The notes below the pieces were generated by a model. That model made no database searches. It saw only the letters and a program-made list of their open reading frames with translations, and was not told the origin of the DNA. This document shows, piece by piece, positions 27,177-37,489 of a DNA stretch of 64,000 bases (position 1 is the stretch's first letter; every line of letters begins with the position of its first letter). Made by a program: the position numbers and the translations under genes. The DNA lies in NCBI GenBank assembly GCA_965214705.1, contig CBDCCI010000002.1, positions 1,856,001 to 1,920,000 of the forward strand, given 5' to 3'. The stretch is from Alphaproteobacteria bacterium (GTDB lineage: Bacteria; Pseudomonadota; Alphaproteobacteria; UBA828).

Positions 27177-27971
27177 ATGCTGGTCGACAGCCACTGCCAT
27201 CTGGACTTTCCCGACTTCGGCGACGACCTCGACGGCGTGCTCGCCCGTGCAGCCGAGGCCGGAGTCGGCACCGTGCAGACCATCTGCACGCGGGTGACCC
27301 GGTTCGACACGGTTCGCGCGCTGGCGGAGGACCACGAGCGGATCTGGTGCTCGGTCGGGATCCATCCGCACCACGTGGCCGAGGAGCCGGAGGTGAGCGC
27401 CGAGCACCTCGTGCGCATGGCGGACCATCCGAAGGTGATCGGGATCGGCGAGACCGGGCTGGATTTCCACTACGACAACAGCCCGAGGCCGCAGCAGGAG
27501 GCGAGTTTCCGCCAGCACATCGCGGCGGCGCGCAAGACCGGGCTGCCGCTCATCGTGCACACGCGCTCGGCGGACGAGGATACCTGCCGAATCCTGCGTG
27601 AGGAGGCGGGGAAGGGGGCCTTCCCCGGCGTCATTCACTGCTTCAGCGCAGGTCTCGCCGTGGCCGAGACCGCGCTCGACATCGGTCTTCACGTTTCGTT
27701 CTCCGGGATTCTCACCTTCAAGAAGGCCGAGGAGGTGCGCGCCGCCGCCCGCGACGTGCCGGTGGACCGCCTGCTGGTGGAGACCGACGCGCCCTATCTC
27801 GCACCGGTGCCGCATCGCGGCCGGCGCAACGAGCCTGCGCACGTGGTGCACACCGCCGCCCGGCTGGCCGAGATCAAGGGGCTGGACGAGGCCGAACTGG
27901 CCCGCGTGACCACCAAAAATTTCTTCAGGCTGTTCTCCAAGTCCACGCCGCATTCGCCTGATATGGCATGA
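27177..27971 (+). CDS. TatD family hydrolase
   Basis: DSHCH, GIHPH, IGETGLD and ETDAPYL motifs. Confidence 0.93.
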   Translation: MLVDSHCHLDFPDFGDDLDGVLARAAEAGVGTVQTICTRVTRFDTVRALAEDHERIWCSVGIHPHHVAEEPEVSAEHLVRMADHPKVIGIGETGLDFHYDNSPRPQQEASFRQHIAAARKTGLPLIVHTRSADEDTCRILREEAGKGAFPGVIHCFSAGLAVAETALDIGLHVSFSGILTFKKAEEVRAAARDVPVDRLLVETDAPYLAPVPHRGRRNEPAHVVHTAARLAEIKGLDEAELARVTTKNFFRLFSKSTPHSPDMA

Positions 27972-28738
27972 AAATCACCATTCTCGGCTGCGGCACGTCG
28001 AGCGGGGTTCCGATGATCGGCTGCGACTGCGCGGTGTGCCGCTCGCCGGACCCGCGCAACCGCAGGCGCCGGGTCTCGGTGCTAGTGGAATCGGGTGACG
28101 CGCGGCTCCTGATCGACACGCCGCCGGACCTGCACGCGCAGCTGGTGGATGCCGAGGTCACGCACCTGGATGCGGTGCTCTACACCCACGGCCATGCCGA
28201 TCATGTGCATGGCATCGACGACCTGCGCTCGATCAATTTTCATACCGGGCGGGCGCTCGACACCTATGGCTCGGCCACGACTCTGGCAGCGATCCAGGGG
28301 CGCTTCGCCTATGCCTTCGAGCCCATGGGCACAAGGGGTTGGGCGAAGCCGAGCCTGAATCCGGTGGCGGTGGACGGGGCGTTCGAGGCGGCAGGCGTCG
28401 CGGTGACGCCGTTCCCGCAGGAGCACGGGCGCAGCATCACCACCGGCTACCGGATCGGCGCCATGGCGTATTCCACGGATGTGAAAGCGTTCTCGGAGGA
28501 GGCCTTCGCCGCGCTGGAGGGCGTCAAGCTCTGGATCGTCGATTGCCTGGGCTACCGGGAGCATCCCACGCACGCGCACCTCGACCTCACACTCGAATGG
28601 ATCGCGCAGGTGAGGCCGAAGCTTGCGGTGCTGACCCACATGTCCCATCAGTTCGACTACGAGACACTGCGGGCGGCGCTGCCGGCCGGCGTGGTGCCGG
28701 GGCACGACGGGCTCACGATCGAGACGGATCAACTTTGA
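27968..28738 (+). CDS. MBL-fold metallo-hydrolase (PhnP-like)
   Basis: LGCGTSSGVP and THGHADHVHG motifs; ATGA overlap with tatD. Confidence 0.9.
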   Translation: MKITILGCGTSSGVPMIGCDCAVCRSPDPRNRRRRVSVLVESGDARLLIDTPPDLHAQLVDAEVTHLDAVLYTHGHADHVHGIDDLRSINFHTGRALDTYGSATTLAAIQGRFAYAFEPMGTRGWAKPSLNPVAVDGAFEAAGVAVTPFPQEHGRSITTGYRIGAMAYSTDVKAFSEEAFAALEGVKLWIVDCLGYREHPTHAHLDLTLEWIAQVRPKLAVLTHMSHQFDYETLRAALPAGVVPGHDGLTIETDQL

Positions 28739-28864
28739 ACGCTGCCGCGCTACGCTCAAGCGGCCGCACCTATTGCATAACCTATTGTGGCCAGTGTAGC
28801 TGTATCCGAGCAATCCAATGGGCAACGTATAGATGAGCGTCACGGATAATGGAACCTATGAATT

Positions 28865-29653
28865 ATGCTGAAGTTTCAAGGCGGCAGAATTCTTAGATTG
28901 TTTGATGTGCTACATCGCATGGAAAAACTTGCCATTGGCGATCCAACTGCGGCACATGGCGATGCGACTTATCGAAAGAGCTTGAGTTCTAGTGTTGAAA
29001 TGCTGATTGGTGAGCCGGAAATACTCAACGCACCTGTTTCGATAAAGCACGCGCGCACTATACTTATGTACGCTAATGCCTCAAGAGAACGGTGTGGGCC
29101 AGCTGCATTTGTTAAGCTAATATCTCAATCTTTAGAGGAACTTAGAGAACGCATCAAAGACGAATTGGATGACCGCACATTATATTACTTGGGACCGAAG
29201 GAGTCTGAGTTACTACTGGTCGGAAATTACACTTTCGGTAATGAGGTGCTGGATGCCTTTCCAAAGGCCTCGGCTGACATGTCAGAAGCTGTGGCGTGCT
29301 TAGTTTGGGGCAGATATACGGCTTGCGTCTTCCACCTCATGAGAGTCATGGAAATTTCCTTACATGAGGCCGGAGAGAAGCTTGGTGTGAACATTGTGGG
29401 CAAGGATGGAGAATTTCGTGAGTGGGGACCCATCACTCGCCAAATGGACGACGCCATTGGGAGACTGGCGAGCAAAGACGAAAAGCGACGGTGGTCAGAA
29501 GTCCGCGCGCTTCTGGATCATGTCAGGCACTGCTGGAGGAATGCCACGATGCATCCACGGCGCACCTATACCCATGAGGAAGCTCTCGCGGTATTCGACG
29601 CAGTGAAGTCGTACCTTCGTTCTGTTTCCGCTTTGGTGAGCCGCGAGGTGTAA
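28865..29653 (+). CDS. Low-GC hypothetical protein with HEPN-like motif
   Basis: YTACVFHLMRVME helix followed by RNATMH (RxxxxH); A/T-rich codon usage. Confidence 0.6.
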   Translation: MLKFQGGRILRLFDVLHRMEKLAIGDPTAAHGDATYRKSLSSSVEMLIGEPEILNAPVSIKHARTILMYANASRERCGPAAFVKLISQSLEELRERIKDELDDRTLYYLGPKESELLLVGNYTFGNEVLDAFPKASADMSEAVACLVWGRYTACVFHLMRVMEISLHEAGEKLGVNIVGKDGEFREWGPITRQMDDAIGRLASKDEKRRWSEVRALLDHVRHCWRNATMHPRRTYTHEEALAVFDAVKSYLRSVSALVSREV

Positions 29654-29737
29654 GAATGGATCGCGCGATCGAGACGGATGGGCTGTGATGCGGCGCCTAA
29701 GTCATTGTAGCGCTGCGGACTCTCGGAAGAGTCAATT

Positions 29738-29765
29738 ATTTTCCATAATATATCTTATGCGAATT
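29738..29765 (-). other. XerCD dif site
   Basis: Minus strand AATTCGCATAA-GATATA-TTATGGAAAAT, 11-6-11 layout resembling E. coli dif GGTGCGCATAA-TGTATA-TTATGTTAAAT; KOPS converge on it. Confidence 0.88.
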
Positions 29766-29790
29766 AGACATGAGGATGGCCGGTTGGGAC

Positions 29791-29838
29791 GGACGGCGCA
29801 TCGGACGGCGCATCGGACGGCGCATCGGGCGGCGCGCG
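29791..29838 (+). repeat. 12-bp tandem repeat GGACGGCGCATC x3 plus one degenerate copy
   Basis: Units at 29791, 29803, 29815; degenerate unit at 29827. Confidence 0.9.
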
Positions 29839-29896
29839 CGGGCCTGCCCCGCCCCGGACGCTTCATTCCGCCCGCGGCCGATATGGACCCGGATTG

Positions 29897-30793
29897 ATGA
29901 GCGACGCGCCGCCGCCGGACCGCGCGGAAGCTGCCTCCGCGGGCATCGACCGACTGCTCGACGTGATGGCGCGGCTGCGCAATCCGGATGGCGGCTGCCC
30001 GTGGGACCTCGAGCAAAGTTTTGAGACCATCGCGCCCTACACCATCGAGGAAGCCTACGAGGTCGCCGAGGCGATCCGGCAGGACGACCGCGCGGCGCTC
30101 CGCGACGAGCTGGGCGACCTGCTGCTGCAGGTGGTCTTCCACGCGCAGATGGCGCGGGAGGACGGCAGCTTCGACTTCGACGAGGTCGCGCGCGGCATCG
30201 CGGAGAAGATGATCCGCCGCCATCCCAACGTCTTCGGCGACGACGAGTCCGACGCGCGGCACTCGGCGCCGGCGCAGATGCGCTCCTGGGAGGCCCAGAA
30301 GGCCGCCGAGCGCGAGGCCAAGGCCGAGGCCGAAGGACGCCGGCCCAGCGTGCTGGATGGCGTCGCGCTGGCCCTCCCTGCCCTACTCCGTGCCGAGAAG
30401 CTCCAAAAACGCGCGGCCCGCGCGGGCTTCGACTGGCCGGGGCCCGAGCCGGTCTTCGCCAAGGTGCTGGAAGAGGTCGCCGAGCTGCGCGATGCCAACT
30501 CGGCGGCGGGGCACGATAAGGCGGCGGTTGCCGAGGAGGTCGGCGACCTGCTGTTCGCTTGCGTCAATCTCGGCCGGCACCTGGGCGTGGATCCCGAGGC
30601 CGCGCTGCGTGCCGCCAACGCCAAGTTCACCGCGCGCTTCCACCGTGTCGAGGCAGCGCTGGCGGACTCGGGCCAGAGCGCTGCCGACGTCGGCCTCGCC
30701 GAGCTGGACCGCCTGTGGGAAGAAGCTAAGCGCGCGGAGCGCACGCCACCGGCAGCCGGCACAGCGCCGGCCGATCCGACGCGGGGAGAATAG
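29897..30793 (+). CDS. mazG: Nucleoside triphosphate pyrophosphohydrolase MazG
   Basis: GGCPWD, EEAYEV, DELGDLL, RRHP and second domain EEVGDLLF. Confidence 0.95.
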   Translation: MSDAPPPDRAEAASAGIDRLLDVMARLRNPDGGCPWDLEQSFETIAPYTIEEAYEVAEAIRQDDRAALRDELGDLLLQVVFHAQMAREDGSFDFDEVARGIAEKMIRRHPNVFGDDESDARHSAPAQMRSWEAQKAAEREAKAEAEGRRPSVLDGVALALPALLRAEKLQKRAARAGFDWPGPEPVFAKVLEEVAELRDANSAAGHDKAAVAEEVGDLLFACVNLGRHLGVDPEAALRAANAKFTARFHRVEAALADSGQSAADVGLAELDRLWEEAKRAERTPPAAGTAPADPTRGE

Positions 30794-31321
30794 CGCGGTT
30801 TAACCCCCACTCCCGTAAAGGCCATCGTTTATTTGCGACAATTCGAAAAGAGAGACAATTAGGGCCGATAGGGTGTCTTACATTAATTCTTCACTAACTC
30901 AGTGATCGTCAACATATTCTGACCCGACGTAGCACCAAGTTCACCATTCTGTTTGAAACACATTATTTTGGACGTGTCTATTCGGATATATCACTATAGT
31001 CGGCATGTGTTCCTCTTATGGGTGGCACGGGCAGGGTTCTTTCAATGCTGACGCCGTGGTATGCTTCGAAGGCATAGACCAGAGTCACTTCACGAGGAAG
31101 CTCCTCGGAATGGCTACAAACAAGCTCTGCAACCCACGCGGAAGTTCAATTGAGTGCGCTCGACTAGCTGAGGGCCCAGTGGCTATTGCCCCTCTGATAC
31201 CGTTTACATTCGAGCAAAGTTTCCCAACCATCCAAACCGCGCTGGGTTCAAGACGGCAAGGACGTACAGGGGTGAATTGGTGCTCGAGTAGGCGCGTGGC
31301 ACCTAAGCAGGAGAAATGACG

Positions 31322-31852
31322 ATGACCCATCTGACAAGAATCACCACGGTCATGCTGGCAACGGTTGCTCTTGGTTTCGGTATTGCCGGATGTCAGCCCT
31401 AAGGCGAGGCTCCGGCGACTGACGCCATGATGGATGACGCAGACACGTCAGCCGCCCAGGAAGACACGTCAGCTGCCCGAGAAATGGCTCCTGACGATAT
31501 TGAGCTTCTAAGCGCTTCTGAACAGGAAGAGTTGCTGGTTGGAAATACCATCATAGGAGTCTACGAGCCTTGGAAGCTGAACTGGGCTGAGTATTTCGCA
31601 CCGGACGGAACGGTAAAGGCGAGGCTGAAGTTCGAGGGTCAAGATGAAATGAACATGACTGGAACACACTACACAATCTCGGACGATCGTTGGTGTAACG
31701 AGTATCCGGAGGCGCAGGGGGAGCAGAAGGTGTTTTGCCATCAGCTTTATTCGCTGGGCGACGGTCGTTACGGGCAACTCGAAGCCGACGGCACCGTAGA
31801 AGCGACCTACACTCAAATTCTTCCGGGTGAACAGCTGGATGCGCTCGAATAG
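31322..31852 (+). pseudogene. Lipoprotein gene with in-frame TAA at codon 27
   Basis: AGGAGA RBS; signal peptide ending IAGC; TAA at 31400-31402, then the same frame continues into the 31427-31852 ORF. Confidence 0.7.
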
Positions 31853-32640
31853 GGAGCCCGCAAAGGCTTATAAGACCGGAGCTGTCTAAACTGGACATAA
31901 GCCAGCCCTCTCGGGAAGGTACGCGCTCCCCGCCATCCGACTGATGCCACTTGCGGGTGCAGGGTCAGGCAGATTGGGAACCGTGTCGCTCCTGATGGCG
32001 GGGGAGTTTCCTCGGGTCGTTGCTCGTGTGTCCGCAACCTTGTTCTGGGCGCGGAGCCTTGCTCATGCGTCCACGTCGAGAGCCGATGTGCGCCGAGCGA
32101 CAAGCCCTACGCGGGCACGGGTGCGCCGGGGGCGGGGAGTGGCGGGATGCGCGGTTCACGTCCCTATCTATATACAGCAGGTAACGGAACGGCCCGTGGC
32201 CAGAAGGTGCGCAAGCCATGTAGCTGAGGAGAACCGGGCGCGGGCGACTCCATGTTTGCGCACGGGACCTCTCAGGCCCGCTTGGCTCTTTTCTGCGCCC
32301 GCAACCCTTCCGACCCAACTTCACCCCGGCCTCTCCCCTCCCCGATTCTCCGGACCATAGTGCGGTGTACGGCGCGTGCGGCTGGCGTCAGAATCGCGCC
32401 ATGAAGCGCACGGGAATGCAAGTCGAGGCAGGCGGCAACCGGGTGAGCGGGCGCTCGTCTCGCGGGCGTCTTCTTTCCGCGATCGGCGTGATTGCCGACG
32501 ACGACGCCAATAGGACAGAAGCCGTGAGCGCCGCAGCATCCCTTCTATCCCGCTTAATCCCGGCGAATCCCGCCTCAAATTTTGTTTGCTTGTCCCAGAC
32601 ACCCGCATGGAGGACGCCGCAACCGGAACACCGGCACGAA

Positions 32641-32664
32641 GAAGGGGGCCATGCGGCCCCCTTC
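32641..32664 (-). terminator. Hairpin downstream of groEL
   Basis: GAAGGGGGCC-ATGC-GGCCCCCTTC perfect 10-bp stem ~30 bp after the groEL stop. Confidence 0.65.
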
Positions 32665-32692
32665 CCGATTACGTGCGATGGAACGGACGGGC

Positions 32693-34381
32693 TTACATGC
32701 CCATGCCACCCATACCGGGCATGCCACCCATTCCGCCCATACCGCCCATGCCTCCCATTCCGTGCATGCCGCCGCCGCCCGGAGGCATCGGCGGTGGCAC
32801 CTCGGGAATCTCCGCGATGCCGGCCTCGGTCATGATCAGAAGTCCGGCGATGGACGCGGCGTCCTGAAGCGCGGTGCGCACGACCTTGGCCGGATCGAGG
32901 ATGCCGGCCTCGATCATGTCGCAGTACTGGCCCTCCTGGGCGTCGAATCCCCGGGTCGCGCCGCGACCGTCGAGCAGCGTGCCCACGACGAGCGAGCCGT
33001 CGGCGCCGGCGTTCTCCGCGATATGGCGGGTGGGCGTGCGGATCGCGCTCCGCACGATAGCGATGCCGCGATCCTGGTCGGCATTGTCCCCCTGCAGCTT
33101 GTCGAGCTTGCGCGAGGCCGCGAGCAGCGCCACGCCGCCGCCGGCGACGACGCCCTCCTCCACCGCCGCGCGCGTGGCGCGCATGGCGTCTTCGACGAGC
33201 TCCTTCTTCTCCTTGACCTCGATTTCGCTGTCGCCGCCGACCCTGAGGATGGCAACGCCGCCGACCAGCTTGGCGAGTCGCTCCTCGAAGCGCTCCTGGT
33301 CGTATTCGGAATCGGTGGTCTCGATCTCGGTGCGGAGCTGCTGGCAGCGTTCGTTGATGGCCTTCTTGGTGCCGCCCCCGCCGACGATCACGGTCTCGTC
33401 CTTGCTCATCTCGACCCGCTTGGCCGTGCCGAGTTGGTCGAGCGTGATGCTCTCCAGCTTGATGCCCTGCTCTTTGTTCACCACGGTGCCGCCGGTGAGC
33501 ACGGCGATATCCTCGAGCATGGCCTTGCGCCGGTCGCCGAAGGCCGGTGCCTTGGCCGCCGCAGCCTTGAGGCCACCGCGCAGCCGGTTGACCACCAGAG
33601 TTGCCAGCGCTTCGCCGTCCACGTCTTCGGCGATGATCGCAAGCGGCTTGCCGGTCTGACCCACTTTCTCCAACACCGGCAGCAGCTCCTGCATGCTGGT
33701 GAGCTTTTCCTGGTGTACCAGGACGTAGGCGTCGTCGAGCTCCACCGTCATACGCTCGGCATTGGTCACGAAGTAGGGCGACACATAGCCCTTGTCGAAG
33801 TTCATGCCCTCGACGACATCGAGCTCAGTGTCGATGCCGGCCGCTTCCTCGATGGTGATGACGCCGCGCTCGCCCACCTCTTCCATGGCCTGCGAGATCA
33901 TGTCGCCCACCACCGGGTCATTGTTGGCGGCGACGGTTGCCACCTGCGTGATCTCCTCGCGGGTCTTCACTCGCTTGGACTTCTTGCCGATCTCTTCGAC
34001 CACCGCATCGACGGCGCGGTCGATGCCGCGGCGCAGGTCCATCGGGTTCATGCCCGCCGCAACCGCCTTGGCGCCCTCGCGTGCGAGCGCACGAGCAAGG
34101 ATGGTCGCGGTGGTGGTTCCATCGCCGGCGGATTTTTCGGTGTGAGTCGCGGCCTCGCGGACGAGCCGGGCGCCCATGTCCTGGAGCCGGTCCTCGAGCT
34201 CGATCTCCTTGGCGACGGTCACGCCGTCCTTCGTGATCCGCCCGTCGCCGCCCGCCGTCTGATAGACCACGGTGCGGCCCTTCGGGCCGAGCGTGACCGA
34301 TACGGCGTCGGTGAGGATGTCGACACCTTCGAGAAGGCGCTCGCGAGCCTCCTCGGCTTGGTGGATTTCTTTCTTGGCCAT
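32693..34381 (-). CDS. groEL: Chaperonin GroEL (divergent copy)
   Basis: TLGPKG, ITKDGVT, GDGTTT and GGM tail. Confidence 0.95.
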   Translation of the reverse strand: MAKKEIHQAEEARERLLEGVDILTDAVSVTLGPKGRTVVYQTAGGDGRITKDGVTVAKEIELEDRLQDMGARLVREAATHTEKSAGDGTTTATILARALAREGAKAVAAGMNPMDLRRGIDRAVDAVVEEIGKKSKRVKTREEITQVATVAANNDPVVGDMISQAMEEVGERGVITIEEAAGIDTELDVVEGMNFDKGYVSPYFVTNAERMTVELDDAYVLVHQEKLTSMQELLPVLEKVGQTGKPLAIIAEDVDGEALATLVVNRLRGGLKAAAAKAPAFGDRRKAMLEDIAVLTGGTVVNKEQGIKLESITLDQLGTAKRVEMSKDETVIVGGGGTKKAINERCQQLRTEIETTDSEYDQERFEERLAKLVGGVAILRVGGDSEIEVKEKKELVEDAMRATRAAVEEGVVAGGGVALLAASRKLDKLQGDNADQDRGIAIVRSAIRTPTRHIAENAGADGSLVVGTLLDGRGATRGFDAQEGQYCDMIEAGILDPAKVVRTALQDAASIAGLLIMTEAGIAEIPEVPPPMPPGGGGMHGMGGMGGMGGMGGMPGMGGMGM

Positions 34382-34426
34382 CGCCGAACGCTCCAGATTT
34401 CGATGCTTGTGCGGGAGGGTGCCGCG

Positions 34427-34714
34427 CTACTCGATCACGCCCATGATGTCGGACTCCTTCATGATCAACAGCTCCTCGCCGTCGACCTTGACTTCGGTGC
34501 CCGACCACTTGCCGAACAGGATGCGGTCGCCCGCCTTGACATCGAGGGGGGTGAGCCTGCCGTCCTCCCCGCGCTCGCCGGGGCCCGCGGCGACGACCTC
34601 GCCTTCCTGCGGTTTCTCCTGGGCGGTGTCGGGAATGATGATGCCGCCCGCCGTCGTCTGATCCTGCTCGATCCGCCGCACCAGCACGCGATCGTGCAAA
34701 GGCCTGATGTTCAT
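34427..34714 (-). CDS. groES: Co-chaperonin GroES
   Basis: [18 protein letters not shown] and KWSGTEVK motifs. Confidence 0.96.
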   Translation of the reverse strand: MNIRPLHDRVLVRRIEQDQTTAGGIIIPDTAQEKPQEGEVVAAGPGERGEDGRLTPLDVKAGDRILFGKWSGTEVKVDGEELLIMKESDIMGVIE

Positions 34715-34772
34715 GCCGCCCTCCAAGACGTGACCGTGTTCAATTTCGCCAGTGTTCCGCTGCGAGCGCTTG

Positions 34773-34799
34773 TTAGCGCTCTCGCGTGGCGAGTGCTAA
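34773..34799. promoter_or_regulatory. CIRCE element (HrcA operator) upstream of groES
   Basis: TTAGCGCTC-N9-GAGTGCTAA, one mismatch to consensus; minus-strand TTGACA at 34831-34826 and a CCTATTAA box lie just upstream. Confidence 0.9.
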
Positions 34800-35095
34800 G
34801 GCTTAATAGGGAGGCGGCGCGGCGGTGTCAACAGCAAGCCGGGCCGACGGGGGAGCCTATACGCGAGCCGCAGTTTCCCAATTGTTCTTCGTTCATCCCA
34901 TGCCAAATGTCGGCCTCTGAGGCCCTTCCGGACGCGCGCAACGCGTGGATGCCAGGCATCCTCGCGCATCCCCCCTCTGCTTGGCCGGAGGATCGTTGAG
35001 TGAGGGAAAACATATAAGATACAGTCAGCTAAAAGATAATACTCCGATTATACGTTACGTAAATTATCAGCGAATCAAGCGTGGCCGTGGAGAAA

Positions 35096-36463
35096 TCAGC
35101 GGGCCGCAAGCGAGATGCCGGGGCGTCGCTCCAGCCGGCCGGCGTCCGCCGGCGTGAGGCTGACCCTGAGACGGGCCTCGCCGTCGTCGTCGGCATGCTC
35201 CAGGACCTTGCCGTGGCGATAGAGCCAGGCCAGAGTCGCGCCGTCGGCATAGGGCACCCGCACCTCGACGATGCGGCGCGCCGCCGTCAGCCGGGCGTCG
35301 ATCGCCCGGATCAAGTCGTCGACCCCTTCTCCGGTGAGCGCCGATGCCGCGACGACGCTCTGGTGATCGGTGAGGCCGTTGGCGCCGTTGCCCCCTTCCC
35401 TTCCCCGCTCCGCGAGGCAGGCGCGCTGGCGCGCCTCGAGCAGGTCGAGCTTGTTGAGCACCTCGACGATGCCGGTACCGAGGCGATGTTCGAGACCGAG
35501 CTCGGTCAGCACCCGGAGCACGTCGGTGCGTTGCTCGGCGCTGTCCGCGTGGGCGCAGTCGCGGACATGCACGATGAGGTCGGCCGCGACCACCTCCTCC
35601 AGGGTCGCGCGGAACGCCGCCACCAGATCGTGCGGCAGATCGGAGACGAAGCCGACGGTATCGGAGAGGATGACGCGCTGGCCCGATGGCAGGACGACCC
35701 CGCGCATGGTCGGATCGAGGGTCGCGAAGAGCTGGTCGCGCGCGACCGCCGAGGCCCCGGTCAGCCGGTTGAAGAGCGTGGTCTTGCCGGCGTTGGTGTA
35801 GCCGACCAGGGCGATCACGGGATAGGGGACGCGTTGGCGGGCGGCACGATGCAGCCCGCGCGTGCGCTTGACCCCGTCGAGCGCGCGCTCCAGGCGGTCG
35901 ATGCGGACGCGAATCTGGCGCCGGTCGGCCTCGATTTGCGTTTCGCCCGGCCCGCCCACGAAGCCAAGGCCGCCGCGCTGGCGTTCCAGGTGCGTCCAGG
36001 ACCGCACCAGGCGGCTCCGCTGGTAGCGAAGGGCGGCGAGTTCGACCTGGAGCCGGCCCTCACGGGTGCGGGCCCGCGCCGCAAAGATTTCGAGGATGAG
36101 CGCGGTGCGGTCGATGACCTTGCAGTGCCACGCGCGTTCGAGATTGCGCTGCTGGACCGGGGTGAGCGTACCATCCACGACGGCCAGTCCGAGCTCGTGC
36201 GCGGACACGACATCCGCGACCGCCTCCACGCGCCCGGGGCCGAACAGGGTCGCCGGCCGCGGCTTCTGCACGGGCACGACGTCAGCCTCCACGACATCGA
36301 GATCGATGGCGTGGGCGAGGCTCACCGCCTCGGCGAGGCGACTCTCGGGCTCCCGCGCGCGTTCGCACGCGTTCCCGGCCGCCGGCGGGCGAGCCAGCGC
36401 CGGATGCAGGACGCAGGTGCGCGGTGGCGAATTAGCGTCGCGCGGGACGCTGACGCTCGCCAC
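35096..36463 (-). CDS. hflX: GTPase HflX
   Basis: GPGETQIE, GYTNAGKT, DTVGF and NKLD motifs; follows hfq. Confidence 0.95.
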   Translation of the reverse strand: MASVSVPRDANSPPRTCVLHPALARPPAAGNACERAREPESRLAEAVSLAHAIDLDVVEADVVPVQKPRPATLFGPGRVEAVADVVSAHELGLAVVDGTLTPVQQRNLERAWHCKVIDRTALILEIFAARARTREGRLQVELAALRYQRSRLVRSWTHLERQRGGLGFVGGPGETQIEADRRQIRVRIDRLERALDGVKRTRGLHRAARQRVPYPVIALVGYTNAGKTTLFNRLTGASAVARDQLFATLDPTMRGVVLPSGQRVILSDTVGFVSDLPHDLVAAFRATLEEVVAADLIVHVRDCAHADSAEQRTDVLRVLTELGLEHRLGTGIVEVLNKLDLLEARQRACLAERGREGGNGANGLTDHQSVVAASALTGEGVDDLIRAIDARLTAARRIVEVRVPYADGATLAWLYRHGKVLEHADDDGEARLRVSLTPADAGRLERRPGISLAAR

Positions 36464-36724
36464 TTACGTATCGTCCTCCTCTGCCGGCTCGGCTCCCTGA
36501 TCGAACAACTGGATCGGCTGAACCGGCATGACCGTGGAGATCGCATGCTTGTAGACAAGCTGCGAATGGTCATCGCGTTTGAGCAAAACACAGAAATTGT
36601 CGAACCAGGTGATAATTCCCTGGAGCTTGACGCCGTTCACGAGAAAGATCGTGACCGGCATTTTTCCTTTGCGGACGTGATTGAGGAAGACGTCCTGGAG
36701 ACTATGAGATCCCTTGCCAGTCAT
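36464..36724 (-). CDS. hfq: RNA chaperone Hfq
   Basis: [17 protein letters not shown] and YKHAIST motifs. Confidence 0.96.
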   Translation of the reverse strand: MTGKGSHSLQDVFLNHVRKGKMPVTIFLVNGVKLQGIITWFDNFCVLLKRDDHSQLVYKHAISTVMPVQPIQLFDQGAEPAEEDDT

Positions 36725-36802
36725 GTGTTTCTCTATCCTTGCCTGCCCCCGCCTCCGAGGGGCCGGGCGCCTGGCATGCTCATGCAAGCATGCCACTGTT
36801 GA

Positions 36803-37489
36803 CTATATGGTGATTCCGTGCGCCCGCAAGAAGTCATGCAACCCCGCGTGATCGGCGACTTGATGATCCGGCACGCGCGGGTAGTCGCCATCGCGGGGCG
36901 GGTCGGCACTGACGATCACCGCGGCGCAGCCCGAATTTCGAGCGCAGGTCACGTCGATGCCCGTGTCGCCGACATACCATACGTCCAGGCCAGGAGTAAT
37001 ATCGGTGCCGTCGAGTGCCAGAGTCACGGCCTCTGGCGCCGGCTTGTCCACCGGCCCATCGTCGGCGCCGACGATGCGCCCGAAATAGCCGCTCCAGCCC
37101 AAATGTTCCGCTTCCTCCCGGACCAGGTCACCCTGCTTGCTGCTGACCACCCCGAGAGGCAGCCCGTCGCGGTGAAGCGCGACCAGCGTGGCCGCGGCGC
37201 CGGAGAGTGGGGTCAACCGACGCAGGTGATGCGCCCTGTAATGCCGGTAGAACGAGTGTTCGGCCCGCACCGCGTCGTCTCCGAAGAGGTCGGGGAACGA
37301 ATCCCGCATGGAACGCCGCACCCAGGCCTTGGTCTGCTCAAAGCTCCAGGGCTCGCGCCCCAGGTCGAGGAAGGTCTGCCGCAGGCTCTCGTGGATGATG
37401 TCCCAGCTCTCGACCAGCGTGTTGTCCCAGTCGAACAAGACGGCGCGCGGCCTCCTCAGCCTCACTGGTTGGCGAGCCCGCCGCGGCAA
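36803..37489 (-). CDS. HAD family hydrolase (phosphoglycolate phosphatase-like); start uncertain
   Basis: FDWDNTLV, KP and VGD motifs. Confidence 0.85.
   Translation of the reverse strand: MPRRARQPVRLRRPRAVLFDWDNTLVESWDIIHESLRQTFLDLGREPWSFEQTKAWVRRSMRDSFPDLFGDDAVRAEHSFYRHYRAHHLRRLTPLSGAAATLVALHRDGLPLGVVSSKQGDLVREEAEHLGWSGYFGRIVGADDGPVDKPAPEAVTLALDGTDITPGLDVWYVGDTGIDVTCARNSGCAAVIVSADPPRDGDYPRVPDHQVADHAGLHDFLRAHGITI

Noticed and set aside
28768-28795. Second dif-like site (TTGCATAA-CCTA-TTGTGG) bracketing the HEPN gene
   Set aside because: Spacer is 4 bp rather than 6 and the arms match poorly
31005-31330. Short ORFs on both strands
   Set aside because: No clear RBS or motif support; likely decayed foreign DNA
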